From: Seison nebaliae
Lineage: Eukaryota
Assembly: GCA_023231475.1 (NCBI GenBank)
Contig: JALJEE010000809.1
Location: 1-32,857, forward strand
Length of the DNA stretch: 32,857 bases
Reading direction: 5' to 3'
The notes under the pieces were generated by a model. The model did not search any database. It was given only the letters and a program-made list of their open reading frames with translations, and was not told where the DNA came from. A program made the translations under genes and the position numbers. Positions 19,701 through 32,155 of this stretch are shown here, piece by piece. Numbering within the stretch: the stretch's first letter is position 1; each line of letters starts with the position of its first letter.

Positions 19701-22700
19701 AAGTTGTACGGATCGAAAATGGCAAATGAATAAATTCTTTAAAGAGAAAGTTATCCAGACTTATGAAATGATGGTCGTCCGTCATGGTTTCATGTTGGTA
19801 GGCGAACCGTTCAGTGGGAAGACATGTGTGTTGGATATACTTGCTCTGGCATTAAGCCTAGCGAATGAGAATAAAACGGCCGATTTCCAAGAGGACAATG
19901 TGAATTATATTGGAATTAATCCCAAATCATTGACAATGGGTCAACTTTATGGTGAATTTGATGCCGTATCTCATGAATGGCGTGATGGCGTTTTAGCAAA
20001 TAAATTTCGATCTTACGCATCAAATCCATCAGCAGATCGAAAATGGATAGTGTTCGACGGACCAGTGGATGCCGTTTGGATTGAGAATATGAATACCGTT
20101 CTTGATGATAATAAGAAACTTTGTTTGATGAGTGGAGAAATTATTCAGATGTCAGCTCCGATGAGTATGATCTTTGAAGTGATGGATCTGTCACAAGCAT
20201 CACCAGCTACTGTTTCACGTTGTGGTATGATTTATTTGGAAGCGAGTGCACTCGGATACGAAGTTTTGTTACAAAGTTGGGTTCAGAACGAAATGCCAGA
20301 ATGGATGGAACCGAGTAAACAATTATTTGTGGATTTATGTGATTGGTTAATTCCAGCCGGTGTTCGATTTCTGACAATGATACATGAATGGATATCAGTT
20401 AATCCAAGTCATAAAGTAGCATCAATGTTAAGATGGTTAAATTGTGTTGTTCGTATGGCAGAGGAGGCAGTTGGCACCTTCCAACCGTCCCATGTGCCAA
20501 TTTATTGTGCTGCATTATTTCTATTTAGTTTCGCTCAATCATTCGGAATGTGTGGAGGTATCGATAATCAAATGAAATTCGATACATTCTTTAGGGAGAA
20601 AGTAGCAAGTGAAGTTGGTCGACCAGTGGAGAAAGTTGATCCTATGTTTCCTGAAGGGAAACTTGTCCAAGATTTCTATTATGCATGTAAAGGTCGTGGA
20701 GCATGGCATCATTGGACGGATCTGATAAAAGGACAAGAAGTTCCATTTGAAAACATTCAAACGATGATCGTTCCCACTATGGATACAGGACGTTGTGAAT
20801 TTCTGGTGGAATTGGCGATAAAAAATCAACTTCCTCTACTTTTCGTTGGGCCGACTGGCACCGGTAAAAGTACTTATGTGAAAGGCTATCTGATGAATAA
20901 ATTAAATAGTGAACGAAAGGAGGATGAGCAAGAATTAATCGCTTATTTCCTCAATTTCTCTGCACAAACTACTGCCAACCAAGTTCAAGATATTATCATG
21001 TCGAAAATGGATAAACGTCGGAAAGGCGTTTATGGCCCGTCAATGATGAGAAAATCTTTCTTTTTCGTTGATGATTTAAATATGCCACAACCAGAGGTGT
21101 ATGGCGCTCAACCTCCCATTGAACTAATTCGTCAATTCATTGATCATGGTTACTGGTATGATTTGAAAGATACGACTGATTTATATGTTAAAGATCTTCA
21201 TTTTTTGGCTGCCATGGGTATACCTGGCGGTGGTCGGAATTTCGTCACATCTCGGTTGTTGAGACATTTCAATGTGATAAATTGTGATGCATTTAATGAC
21301 GAGACCTTAACAAGAATCTTCCAAACAATGATGACGAAATTCCTTCGACATTATGATTTTTCTTCTGAATACCATCAAGTCGGTCAACATATTATTCAAG
21401 CCACATTGAACATATATCGAGAGGCTATCAATAATTTATTGCCCACTCCATCGAAATCTCATTACATTTTCAATCTCCGAGATTTCTCCCGCGTTATTTT
21501 GGGAATTTGTCTTATTCGAAAAACGGAAGTTGATCATCGTCGAGTTTTCATTCGTCTCTGGGTACATGAAGTTCTTCGTGTCTTCTATGATCGTTTAACG
21601 GATCAAGTCGACAAATCTTGGTTGACATCGGAAATTAATACGAATTTGAGGAAAGTATTCAATGAGAATCTGGATAGTTTATTTGAGTCATTGACAAAAG
21701 GAGAATCGTTACAAGAGGAACATTATGATTCTTTAATGTTTGGTGATTATTTGAAACAGGATGTCGAACCGGATGAACGAGTATATGAAGAAGTTCGAAG
21801 TTTGGAGAAATTGTCAGAAATCGCCGAACTCTGTCTTATCGAATATAATAATATGCACAAAGCGAAAATGGATCTCGTCATTTTCCAATATGTTCTCCAA
21901 CATCTATCAAGAATTTGTCGAATTCTAAGAAATCCTGGTGGCAATGCATTATTGGTTGGAGTTGGAGGTAGTGGTAGACAATCTCTCACCAAATTAGCAA
22001 CATTTATGGCTGGACATAAATTGATGCAATTGGAGATCAGTCAAAATTATGGATTAAACGAATGGCGAGAAGATATTAAGAAAATTTTAATGGAAGCCGG
22101 TGCTAAGAATACGGTGACGGTCTTCCTTCTCAGTGACATGCAAATCAAAGAAGAAATATTTTTAGAAGATATCGATTCGTTGTTGAATATTGGAGAAGTG
22201 CCGAATATATTCAATGCAGAAGAACGAGGTGAAATTTTAGAAGGAGTAGCGTCAGCTGCTCAAGAAGGTCAAAAGAACCGTGAATTAACACCATTAGAAT
22301 TATTCGCTTATTTCGTAAAAAGATGTAAAAAGAATCTTCATATATTTCTGGCCTTTTCACCCATCGGTTCTAATTTCCGTTCACGAATTCGTCGATTTCC
22401 TTCCATGATCAATTGTTGCACCATCGACTGGTTTCAAGCATGGCCGGAAGATGCCCTACAAAAAGTGGCAGAACGAAGTGTCGAGAAGTTGAATATGAAG
22501 GAACAGGAGAAGATTGAAGTGGTGAAAATATGTAAAACATTTCATTTAGATGCACAAAAATTGACGAAACGATTCTTGGACGAACAAGGAAGATACGCTT
22601 ATGTAACACCGACATCATACCTGGAATTAATTGGTTTATTCTCCAAATTATTAATGTCTAAACAGAATGAATTGATGCTGGGAAAGACGAGATATGTGAA

Positions 22701-25700
22701 TGGTTTGGACAAATTGGCATTTGCAGCCGAACAAATTTCAGAAATGAGAAAGATTGCTCAAGATCTCCAACCGCAATTGGAGAAATCAGCAGAAGAGACG
22801 AAAGTGACGTTATTGAATGTACAAGTCGAATCGAAAGCAGCAGAAGAAGTGAAGGAGGTTGTTCTGAAAGAGGAGGCGATAGCGAATGAACAAGCAGCAG
22901 AATCACAAGCATTGAAAGAAGCATGCGAATCAGAATTGGCATATGCAATGCCTGCAATGGAAGAAGCCAGTAGAGCACTAAAAGCGTTACGACCCAATGA
23001 AGTTGTCATCGTCAAATCGATGACTGCGCCACCTGAACCCGTTAAAGATGTTATGGCTGCCGTTTGTATTTTATTAGGAACACCACCATTAATGATACCG
23101 GATCCTGATCGACCAGGTGTAAAACGTGCTGATTATTGGAATCCAGCCAAAAAATTAATGGGCCAATTGGGCGCACAAGGATTTCTTGCCAAATTGACTG
23201 AAATGCAAGCGACGGATATCAGTCCAGCAGCCATTGCTAAAGTAAGAAAAGAATATATATCGAAACCGAGTTTCGTTCATGAGAAGATTACAGCGGCATC
23301 AACAGCGGCAGCTGAAATTTGTAAGTGGGTGAAAGCGATGGACTTAGCGGAAACGGTTAATCGTGAAGTTGCTCCAAAGAAAGCGAAATTGGAGGAAGCT
23401 GAAACGAAATATCAAACGACAATGGAACAATTGAAGGAGAAACAGAAACAATTGAGTGATGTTCAAGAGAAATTGGAGAACTTTCGAGTCCGATTAGAAT
23501 TGCAGGAAACGGAGAAAGATAATTTAGAACGACAAGTAACCGATTGCAAGAAGAAGTTAGTGAGAGCTGAACAATTGATTGGTGGATTAGGTGGTGAGAA
23601 AGATCGTTGGATTACTCAGGCTGATCGATTGCAATTTCAATATGAGAATTTATTGGGAGATATTTTAGTATCAGCTGGAATCATTGCTTATCTGGGAATA
23701 TATACACCAGGCTTTCGAGAGAAATGTATTGCCAGATGGTTAATTATGTGTCAAGAAAAGAAATTACCTTGTATACCACAACATTTCTCATTGAACAGTG
23801 TACTGGGAGATGCGGTACAAATACAGTCGTGGAATATCGCTTTCTTACCAAAAGATTCATTTTCCATCGATAATGCCATCATCGCTTTCAAAGCACGAAA
23901 ATGGCCATTAATGATCGATCCACAATCACAAGCCAATCGATGGATAAAACGATACGAACGAGAGAATCAATTACATATCGTCAAATTTACCGATTCTGAT
24001 TTTAATCGTCATCTCGAAAATTCAATCACTTTCGGCCATCCGTTATTATTGGAAAATATTGGCGAGACGGTTGAACCGTCATTGGAACCGATTCTTCTCA
24101 AACAAACCTTCATTCAAGGTGGAACTCAAATGATCAAACTGGGAGAAGATGTTCTCGTTTATTCACCAGATTTCCGTCTTTATATGACGACTAAATTGAG
24201 AAATCCACATTATCTTCCTGAGATTTCAGTGAAAGTGACATTAATAAATTTTATGATTACACCCGATGGATTAGAAGATCAACTTTTAGGAATAGTAGTA
24301 GCAAAAGAAGATCCTCATCTCGAACAACAACGTCAAGAGAATATCATCGTTACGGCGAATAATAAACGACAATTGAAGACGACAGAAGATGAGATTCTCT
24401 CCATTCTCTCGTCACCCGAAGGAAACATATTAGAAGACGAAACTTCAATTAACGTACTAAAAGAGGCGAAAACCATTTCGGATGACATAAATCGTAAACA
24501 AACGATTGCTGATGAAACGGCTAAAAAGATCGATACTGCTCGTCAAGAATATCGACCAATCGCTAAATATTCGTCAACGTTATTCTTCTGTTTAACCGAC
24601 TTGCCCAATATCGATCCGATGTATCAGTATTCGTTAAATTGGTTTGTCGGTTTGTATGAGAATTCCATTTCGAATTGTCGACGAGGCAGAGTAATGACGA
24701 GACATTTGAGAAACTTACAAGAACATTTCACCGCTTCTATCTATACGAATGTTTGTCGTTCCTTATTCGAGAAACACAAACTAATCTTCTCATTTATCAT
24801 GTGCTCAAATATTCTGATGGCTGAGAACGAGATTGATAAAGATGAATTTCGATTTTTATTGACTGGTGGTGTTGGTGTCACTTCAACCGAACCGAATCCC
24901 TGTGAATCCTGGTTATCTAATCGATCATGGAGAGAGATTTGTCGTTTAGAGGAATTGAGTAGATTTAAAAATTTCAAGTTATTTCGTCAAATTTATCATT
25001 TTTTTCCATCAATTAATGATATTTTAGGAAAAGTTTTAAAAACACACTTAATGATTGGAGAGATATCTATGAGAACGTTGAACCACATTTGACACGATTC
25101 CCAGGCGAATGGGATACATTGACATATTTTCAGAAAATGATTATTATGAGATGTATTCGACTAGATAAAGTTATTCGCATTTTTTATTCTCTTTATTAAT
25201 CATCCAATTAATTAGGTCATCAATATGATCCAGGAGTATATTACGAAAAAATTAGGTGCAAAATTCATCCAACCACCGAACTTTAATTTAGCTCAATCAT
25301 ATTCCGATTCGACCGCACAAATTCCTCTATTATTCGTATTGTCACCTGGTGCAGATCCGATGTCACAATTACTCAAATTCGCGAAAGATAGTAATGTGGA
25401 AGGTGATCGATTTCATGCCATATCTCTTGGTCAAGGACAAGTTATTTTGATCCATCCAAATAATTTCCATCATCTATTGATGTGATAATGATATTCCAGG
25501 GACCGATTGCTGCGAAGATGATAAAAATGGGATTGAGAGAAGGTTATTGGATTTGTCTCCAAAATTGTCATCTGGCTGTATCATGGATGAGTGCATTAGA
25601 AAAAATTTGTGAGGATATTTCAACGAATAGTGACATTAACAGTAACTTCCGTTTATGGCTTACCAGTTACCCATCTCCGAAGTTTCCAGTTACCGTCCTA

Positions 25701-27592
25701 CAAAACAGTGTGAAAATGACGAATGAATCACCAACTGGTATACGACTGAACATGCAACAATCTTATTCGAATGATCCAATATCTGATGGAGATTTTTTCG
25801 AAAGTTCTGATGAATCAAAGATAAATGTTCATTTCATTCGATTCTTATTTCGAACATTAAATTTTTTTTAGGTTTGGTGTCGACTATTGTATGGTTTGTG
25901 TTTCTTCCATGCACTCATATTGGAAAGGAGGAAATTCGGTCCTCTTGGCTTCAATATTCCTTATGGATTCAACGAATCCGATCTCCAAATTTCAGTACGA
26001 CAATTAAAAGTCAGTTTTATTCCATTCCATTTTCATCATATCGTTTCAGATGTTTATTGACGAATATGAGGACGTACCATATGATGCAGCGAAATATATG
26101 ACGGGAGAATGTAATTATGGTGGTCGTGTCACGGATGATAACGATCGACGATGTTTATTAACCATACTAAATGATTTCATTTCGATGCATGTGGCGAAAA
26201 CAGAAAATTTCCCATTATCTCCAAGTAAAAACTATTTAGTTCCCACCGTTGTAACATATTCGGAATTTATGGAATATATTCAAGTTATATCCTTATGATT
26301 ATTTTGTACTTCCAACTTAATAATAGGAATTACCCGCGGAAGATAATCCTGAAGTTTTTGGAATGCATGACAATGTCGATATCTCGAAAGATATGGCCGC
26401 CACAACCAGTTTATTCGATAACGTCATTCTTGCGATGACTTCGGCCATTAGCGCATCTGACAAAAAATCCCCAACAGAAGAAGAAGATGAGGCTGATAGT
26501 AGTAAGAATAAGTTGGAAGAAATAGCGTCTGATATTCTAACGAAAGTACCGCGAGAATTCGATATCGAACAAGCGACTAGTAAATATCCGGTGACATATG
26601 GTGAAAGTATGAATACAGTTCTAGTACAAGAAATGGCAAGATTTAATCGGTTTCCATTTTCACAAACACAATAATTTCTCATTTCAATAATTTTGAAGTT
26701 TAATTGCAATCATTTATTCCAGTCTCATCAACGTCGGAAAAGCGTCGAAAGGTCTGATAGTAATGAACGCCGAACTAGAAGAACTCGCCCAAACATTAGT
26801 GATTGGTTGAATTAAGAATAAAATTGTTTTGTTTCAACTATATTTTTCTAGGAAAAATACCTAATATGTGGGCTCAACGTTCTTATCCATCACTGAAACC
26901 GTTGGGCAGTTACGTACTAGATTTAGTCGCACGCTTAAACTTCTTCCAAGTTACTTCTCCAATTCCATAATGAAAATTGTTAACTTCTCACAGAAATGGT
27001 TTGAGAATGAACCACCGGTCACCTATTGGATTTCCGGTTTTTATTTTACCCAGGCCTTTCTTACTGGTGTTCGGCAGAATTACGCACGAAGTGAAAAGAT
27101 ACCAATCGATCGTTTGACATTCCAATTCCAAGTTAACATGCTTATATCTTCCAATTAAACGTTTCCCATTTCCATCATAATAGACGCTTAAATCATTTAC
27201 AATGAGTGACAAACCGAAATATGGAGCATATGTCAACGGTCTCTTTTTAGATGGGGCCAGATGGGATGTTGACCAGTTCACTTTTTCTATTAATTCATCC
27301 TAAACGATTATTTGATATGTTTAGCAATATTTTGGCAGAACAAAAACCGAAAATTTTGAATGAAGCAGTTCCTGTCATTTGGTTGAAACCGACGGAAATC
27401 GATTCGAGAGATAAAGTTATCATCGGAAACTCATACGATTGTCCTCTCTATAAGACGAGTGAACGTCGAGGCACACTTTCCACAACTGGTCATTCCACTA
27501 ATTTCGTTTTAATGGTCAGTCTAAAAACGAAGTTGCCCAGTAGTCATTGGGTGAAACGGGGAACGGCTCTCTTATGTCAATTGGATTCTTAA
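13754..27592 (+). CDS. DNAH12: Axonemal inner-arm dynein heavy chain, DNAH12-like (DNAH3/7/12 group), about 31 exons per isoform
   Basis: P-loops [43 protein letters not shown]...[11 protein letters not shown] (DNAH12-like, from recall); C-terminal [16 protein letters not shown]...[14 protein letters not shown]. Frame-restoring introns: 13891-13948, 14037-14080, 14108-14152, 14343-14389, 14442-14504, 14703-14751, 14942-14986, 15179-15222, 15371-15417, 15513-15566, 15746-15813, 15950-15996, 16123-16172, 16380-16433, 16556-16600, 16765-16866, 16959-17375 (or via the alternative exon), 18491-18548, 18828-18875, 24978-25027, 25170-25215, 25441-25499, 25827-25871, 26010-26049, 26284-26326, 26650-26698, 26806-26851, 26950-26993, 27132-27183, 27276-27324. 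Confidence 0.93.
16867..16958 (+). other. Dynein alternative exon A (candidate mutually exclusive)
   Basis: Acceptor ttcaag, phase 1 in; encodes [30 protein letters not shown]; donor AAG|GTGAGA, phase 0. Confidence 0.75.
17108..17214 (+). other. Dynein alternative exon B (candidate mutually exclusive)
   Basis: Strong pyrimidine tract ending tttttctag, phase 1 in; encodes [35 protein letters not shown]; donor AAA|GTTTAG, phase 0. Confidence 0.72.
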
Positions 27593-27784
27593 TCCCAACA
27601 AATTTCAACGACGAAACATTGAGAATTTTTCAATTTTAAGCTGACGACATAATTTTCGAAAATAAAATCATTATCTCTGTTAATCCAATTAGTGACATTT
27701 CTGATTTAAAAAAATTTCAAAATTTTCAATTTCGAAAAAAAACGAAAATTTCTCATTTCACTTTATTCTTTTGATTCGTGAGAT

Positions 27785-28554
27785 ATGTGGATCTTCGCCT
27801 CCTCCATCATTGTTGGGATCGTCACAATGGTTCTGTGCGAGTACCTCCACAATTATATGGGGAGAGAACCGTTTCTCTTCACCACCGACGAATTATCTTT
27901 ATGTGATGGAAAGAAATCAGATTGTCTCCAATTGGCATTCTTAGGAACGGTATATGATTTGAATACAGAGAAAGGTCGACAACATTATGGTCCGGATGGA
28001 CATTATAACATGTTTACAGGACGTGACTCCACTTTGGCATTTGTAACGGGAGATTTCGATAAGGATTTAACCGATGACATTTCGAAATTGAAAAGAGCCG
28101 AATATCCGATTATTGTGAATTGGGTAAATTTTTACGAGAAACATTATCGAAGTGTTGGAAGAGTGATCGGAAGATTTTATGATGAGGATGGTAAGAAAAG
28201 TGAAATTTTGAAAGATATGGAAAAATATCAGAAAAATTTGGAGACGAGTTCCGATGAGATGGACGATGTGAATCCGAACGATTATATGCAATGTGAAATT
28301 AGTCGAGAGAAGAAACATGTAATTTATTCTTGTGCCAAGTTCACTTTTCTCATTAAAGCTTTTCATTTTATTTCTTTTTCTAAATAATTTCCTTCAACAG
28401 GGAATCGAATAATCATGTTCCTCGGATTCTGATGGTGAGAGATAAGGAGCATTGTATTTGTTTGAAGAAGGGCGAAAAAATGAAGGAAAATATGAAGATG
28501 ATGAAAGACTGTACAAAAATTGATAGTTCCATATGTTATGTTCATTTATCTTAA
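27785..28554 (+). CDS. CYB5D2: Neuferricin (cytochrome b5-like heme/steroid-binding MAPR family protein), 2 exons
   Basis: N-terminal hydrophobic anchor; LFTTDELS..DG, LAFLGTVYD..KGRQHYGPDGHY..FTGRDST.AFVTGDF, VGRVIGRFYDEDG. Intron 28339-28400 adds the Cys-rich tail (VPR...HCIC...C); stop TAA at 28552-28554. Confidence 0.88.
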
Positions 28555-31500
28555 TTGGTGATGGACGAATGTCGTAAATGAGTGAGAAGTGAATTACATT
28601 TCTGCCATTTCCATCGCAATCTCTTCACATCATTTGACAACTTCCAATATATTTCTTTTAATAATTTCTCCAATTTCTCTTTATCATTTCCTTCCGTCGC
28701 GTCAATTTTCTTGATGAATAAAAGTTTATCAAAATTCTCCTTGAAAAAATGAAAATTAATTAATAAAAATAAATTAAAGTAAAAATTGAACTTTGACAAA
28801 TAATTTGAGAATGATGAGAGATACATCATAATCATTTTCATTCCATAATTGAAGAAGAAAGAGTTTCAAGAACGATTGAATTGGAAGGAACATTTCCGAA
28901 TGAATCTTCTCGTCACAATCGATGGGAAGTGAAAGATTTTCAACGATCGATATGATTTGTGTGAGAGGTAATCGACATAATTGATGGAATAATTCATTGA
29001 AATTTTTCTTTAATTTCTCTAAATCATTTTTATTTGACATACAACTCAACAATTTCTTTATCCAATCATTACCATGAAATAGATGAAGATAATTCTCTGA
29101 TAACGATTCATTTATTTCTGATGAATCAATCATCATCTCCTCCTTAATATTATCATTCGTTGTTGTTGTTGTTGTGGTTGTTTGATAGAGGAAGAAAGGA
29201 GGTTTTTCCATTCGAAAAATTTGTGATGGATGAGCTTTATTCCTCTCTATCATTTCATCCCAATAGAGTAAACGAGAGAAATAATGAAAAGGATAATTAG
29301 AAATATGAAAATAATTATTCTTCGATTGATTTAATTCATTTTTTCTTATAATATTTATTAATTTTAATTCATTCTTTTCTTCTTTATTCTTCATCATCAT
29401 CCTCTCATCAATTTTTAATTTCCAAATATTTATGTAATTACAATTAACATGTATACTCGCAATCATCGAATAAATGGAAGTGGACGATGAGAAATTATCG
29501 ATATTACCACTCTCCATCGATTCATGTGAATGTGGTTTAGTTTCCTTATAACCACTAATCAATGATGGTGGTAATGATATAGAAGTAATTGGATCATCCA
29601 ATTTCTGTTTGATGAGACGAATATTATCATAAACATTAAATATTTCCACATCTCCATTATTCATCGATATGAAGAGGAGAAGATGATTTGGAGACGATGA
29701 AATGGTTTTTCCTTCCGTTTTAACGATATTGAAATTAGGTAGAAATTTCATGGTGAACGGAATAGATGATATTGATGATACGGGAAATGTTCGAATGATT
29801 TCCATTGAATCGATATCGACAATTTTTATCATCGTCTTCTCATCATCCGAATGACAAATGGAAATATAATCGAATTTCTTACAAATATCGAACGAATAAA
29901 TAATCATAATTCTTTCTAATCGAAATTGTCTTATCAATTTCTTCTTTTTCATAGTATTATCAAAGAGAAGAATGAGACCATTTGTCGTTATCACAACAAA
30001 TCGACATGATGTGGAATCGAATGAAATAAATTGAATTTTTTCATTCTTTAATTTGGGTTTTATTCGAAACGAATCTCTTCCTGATTGGAGATTAAATGAA
30101 CAAATATCATTCTCTTCATTCGCTAATAAAACATAACTGCCACAAACACTGATATCGAAATCGACAATTTTCAATTGACATTTTTTGTCAGTCGAGAAGA
30201 GATTTGATCCTCGACATTTCCTAAATATATTCCACGAACTTAACATTGTGGAAGATTGATGAAGAGAAATGCAATCATCCCACAGACTATATCGTCTCAA
30301 ACAACATTTCGTTTTTGTGATAACGGGTGATAAGATGTCCTGATGGTGATAAAGATGATTTCTGAATTTCTCTGAATTTTCATTTTCTGCCGATTTTCCT
30401 TCATTGACTCGTTGATAAATATCTGATAAATAATTCTTCTTATTTTCTTTTTTCTTCAGTCTCAATGTCTCATCGTCGAATTGTTTCTGAATTGAATGAC
30501 CAAAATTGAAATTGAAAATCGATCGATTCATATGGAAATATTTCATCATTCCATCATTCGATGTTGTTACGAGTGTATCATCCGAATGGAATGATAACGA
30601 TGTTAATGGAGCACAATGTCCACAACGTTCAATATTGAGATCGAATAATTTCAAATGATTTTCCCCTTCCTCTAAATCATAATCACTCGAATAATATTTC
30701 CATAATTTTATGGAATTATCATTAGAATTGGTAATGAATCCCGTTCCATCAAACAATGGTGAAATGGAAAGAACTGGCGAACCAGTATTATGAACTTGTT
30801 TCTCAAAAATTATTATTGAACGTTCACAATCTACAACGATTATTTTTCCTGATGATAATCCCAAATAAATTTGATTCTCATCAAATTTATGAAATGCGGA
30901 AATTATCCGTCGATTTTCCAACACTTTAAATTGAAATAACATTTTATTCGTTCTCAAATTCAGGATGGTGACGACATGATGTTGAAGAACTAAAATACAA
31001 TCGATTTGATTGATCATCATCAGAGAACTAATACAACCGAATTCCTTCAACATATCAAATTCAAATAAAAATTTATTCTTTTTCAAATTCCCCAATATGA
31101 TATGACCATTATTCAAACTAATTACCAATTTATTGACATATGTAGGTGGTTGTATAATCGAAGTGATTCTTAATGAATTTCTTTTATTCTTTTTAATTTC
31201 TCCATCAGAATTGTCATCAGAATCATATTTTATTCCAATTTCTCCCAATATACATTCATTCACGAATGATAATGTGTGAAGTATATCATTCATTCGAAAA
31301 TCGAAAAGATAAATTTCACCTTCTTTACCAACCAGAATAATCGTGTCAATTCCATATGGATAAATATCGTTGATAGATATGGGAAGGAGTGAGATATATC
31401 GCAAATATTGATTACTCACCATCGTCAATAATAATTGATCGATTAATATGAATTGATGTGCACCATTCCAAATGATTTTCTTTGCTCGACTCTCAACACC

Positions 31501-31695
31501 ATTGAGATGATGAGGGAAGTGAGCGAAGAGGATGTCCAATGGCAATTGATTCGATTGACATCGAATTACCAATTTATCTGACTCATAAATATCGAACGAA
31601 TTCAAATGTGTCAATGGAATAAAATAACGGCGTCCTCTCACTTCACCACCATCCAACAACGATATTGATCCGACTGTCTTTACTTTATTTAGCAT
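28551..31695 (-). CDS. WDR36: WD40-repeat U3 snoRNP/SSU processome protein WDR36/UTP21, divergent, 2 exons
   Basis: Motifs ITSIIQPPTYVNKLVI (cf. HPxTYLNK), DNSIKLW, GHCAPLT, WDDCISLHQ, DISVCGSYV..FNLQSG and IERNK...KPPFFL (Utp21 C-terminal motif). Intron 28791-28740 (GTTCAA...CAAG) joins the final exon ending at 28551. Confidence 0.85.
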
Positions 31696-32155
31696 CACGT
31701 TTTTTTTCTTAATCTTGCTTCATATGCTAAAAATTTGAATTTTTTAAATTATTCTCATTTAAACTGAAATCGATTAATCAAACATATTCTCCTATTTTTT
31801 ACATTACTTAGTTTCAACTACTTTTTTTCTACCACTAGAAAAAGTGGAAGAAAATAAGATTCTTAAAGTTTCTACCTATTTTTATTGTGAACAATTCCTG
31901 GAAAATGAATCAACTATGAGACACTGTGAGAATTGTGCTCGAGAATAATTTAACTTTTCTTTATAAACGTTTCGCCACAACTGTCGTTGTTTGTGAAATA
32001 TTTTAATTCTAATTAGTAGTTGTTAAATGTTCCGGTTTTTTCTCTCGCTCAAATATCAGAAGTGAGTTGAAGTTGAAATGATGAGTTTAAATTTTTTAGA
32101 TGAGAGGACGTGGGATAATCATGGAAATTTTGTTGGTGCCCAAAAAATCAGATAA

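Noticed and set aside
13754..27592. Fragmented dynein ORFs read as a pseudogene, programmed frameshifts or a non-standard genetic code
   Set aside because: Every break is resolved by a short GT-AG intron that restores frame and conserved motifs. Long exons translate cleanly with the standard code.
7252..28554. Heme-related gene cluster (ALAS plus neuferricin)
   Set aside because: The genes are 19 kb apart and separated by unrelated housekeeping genes; no evidence of functional clustering.
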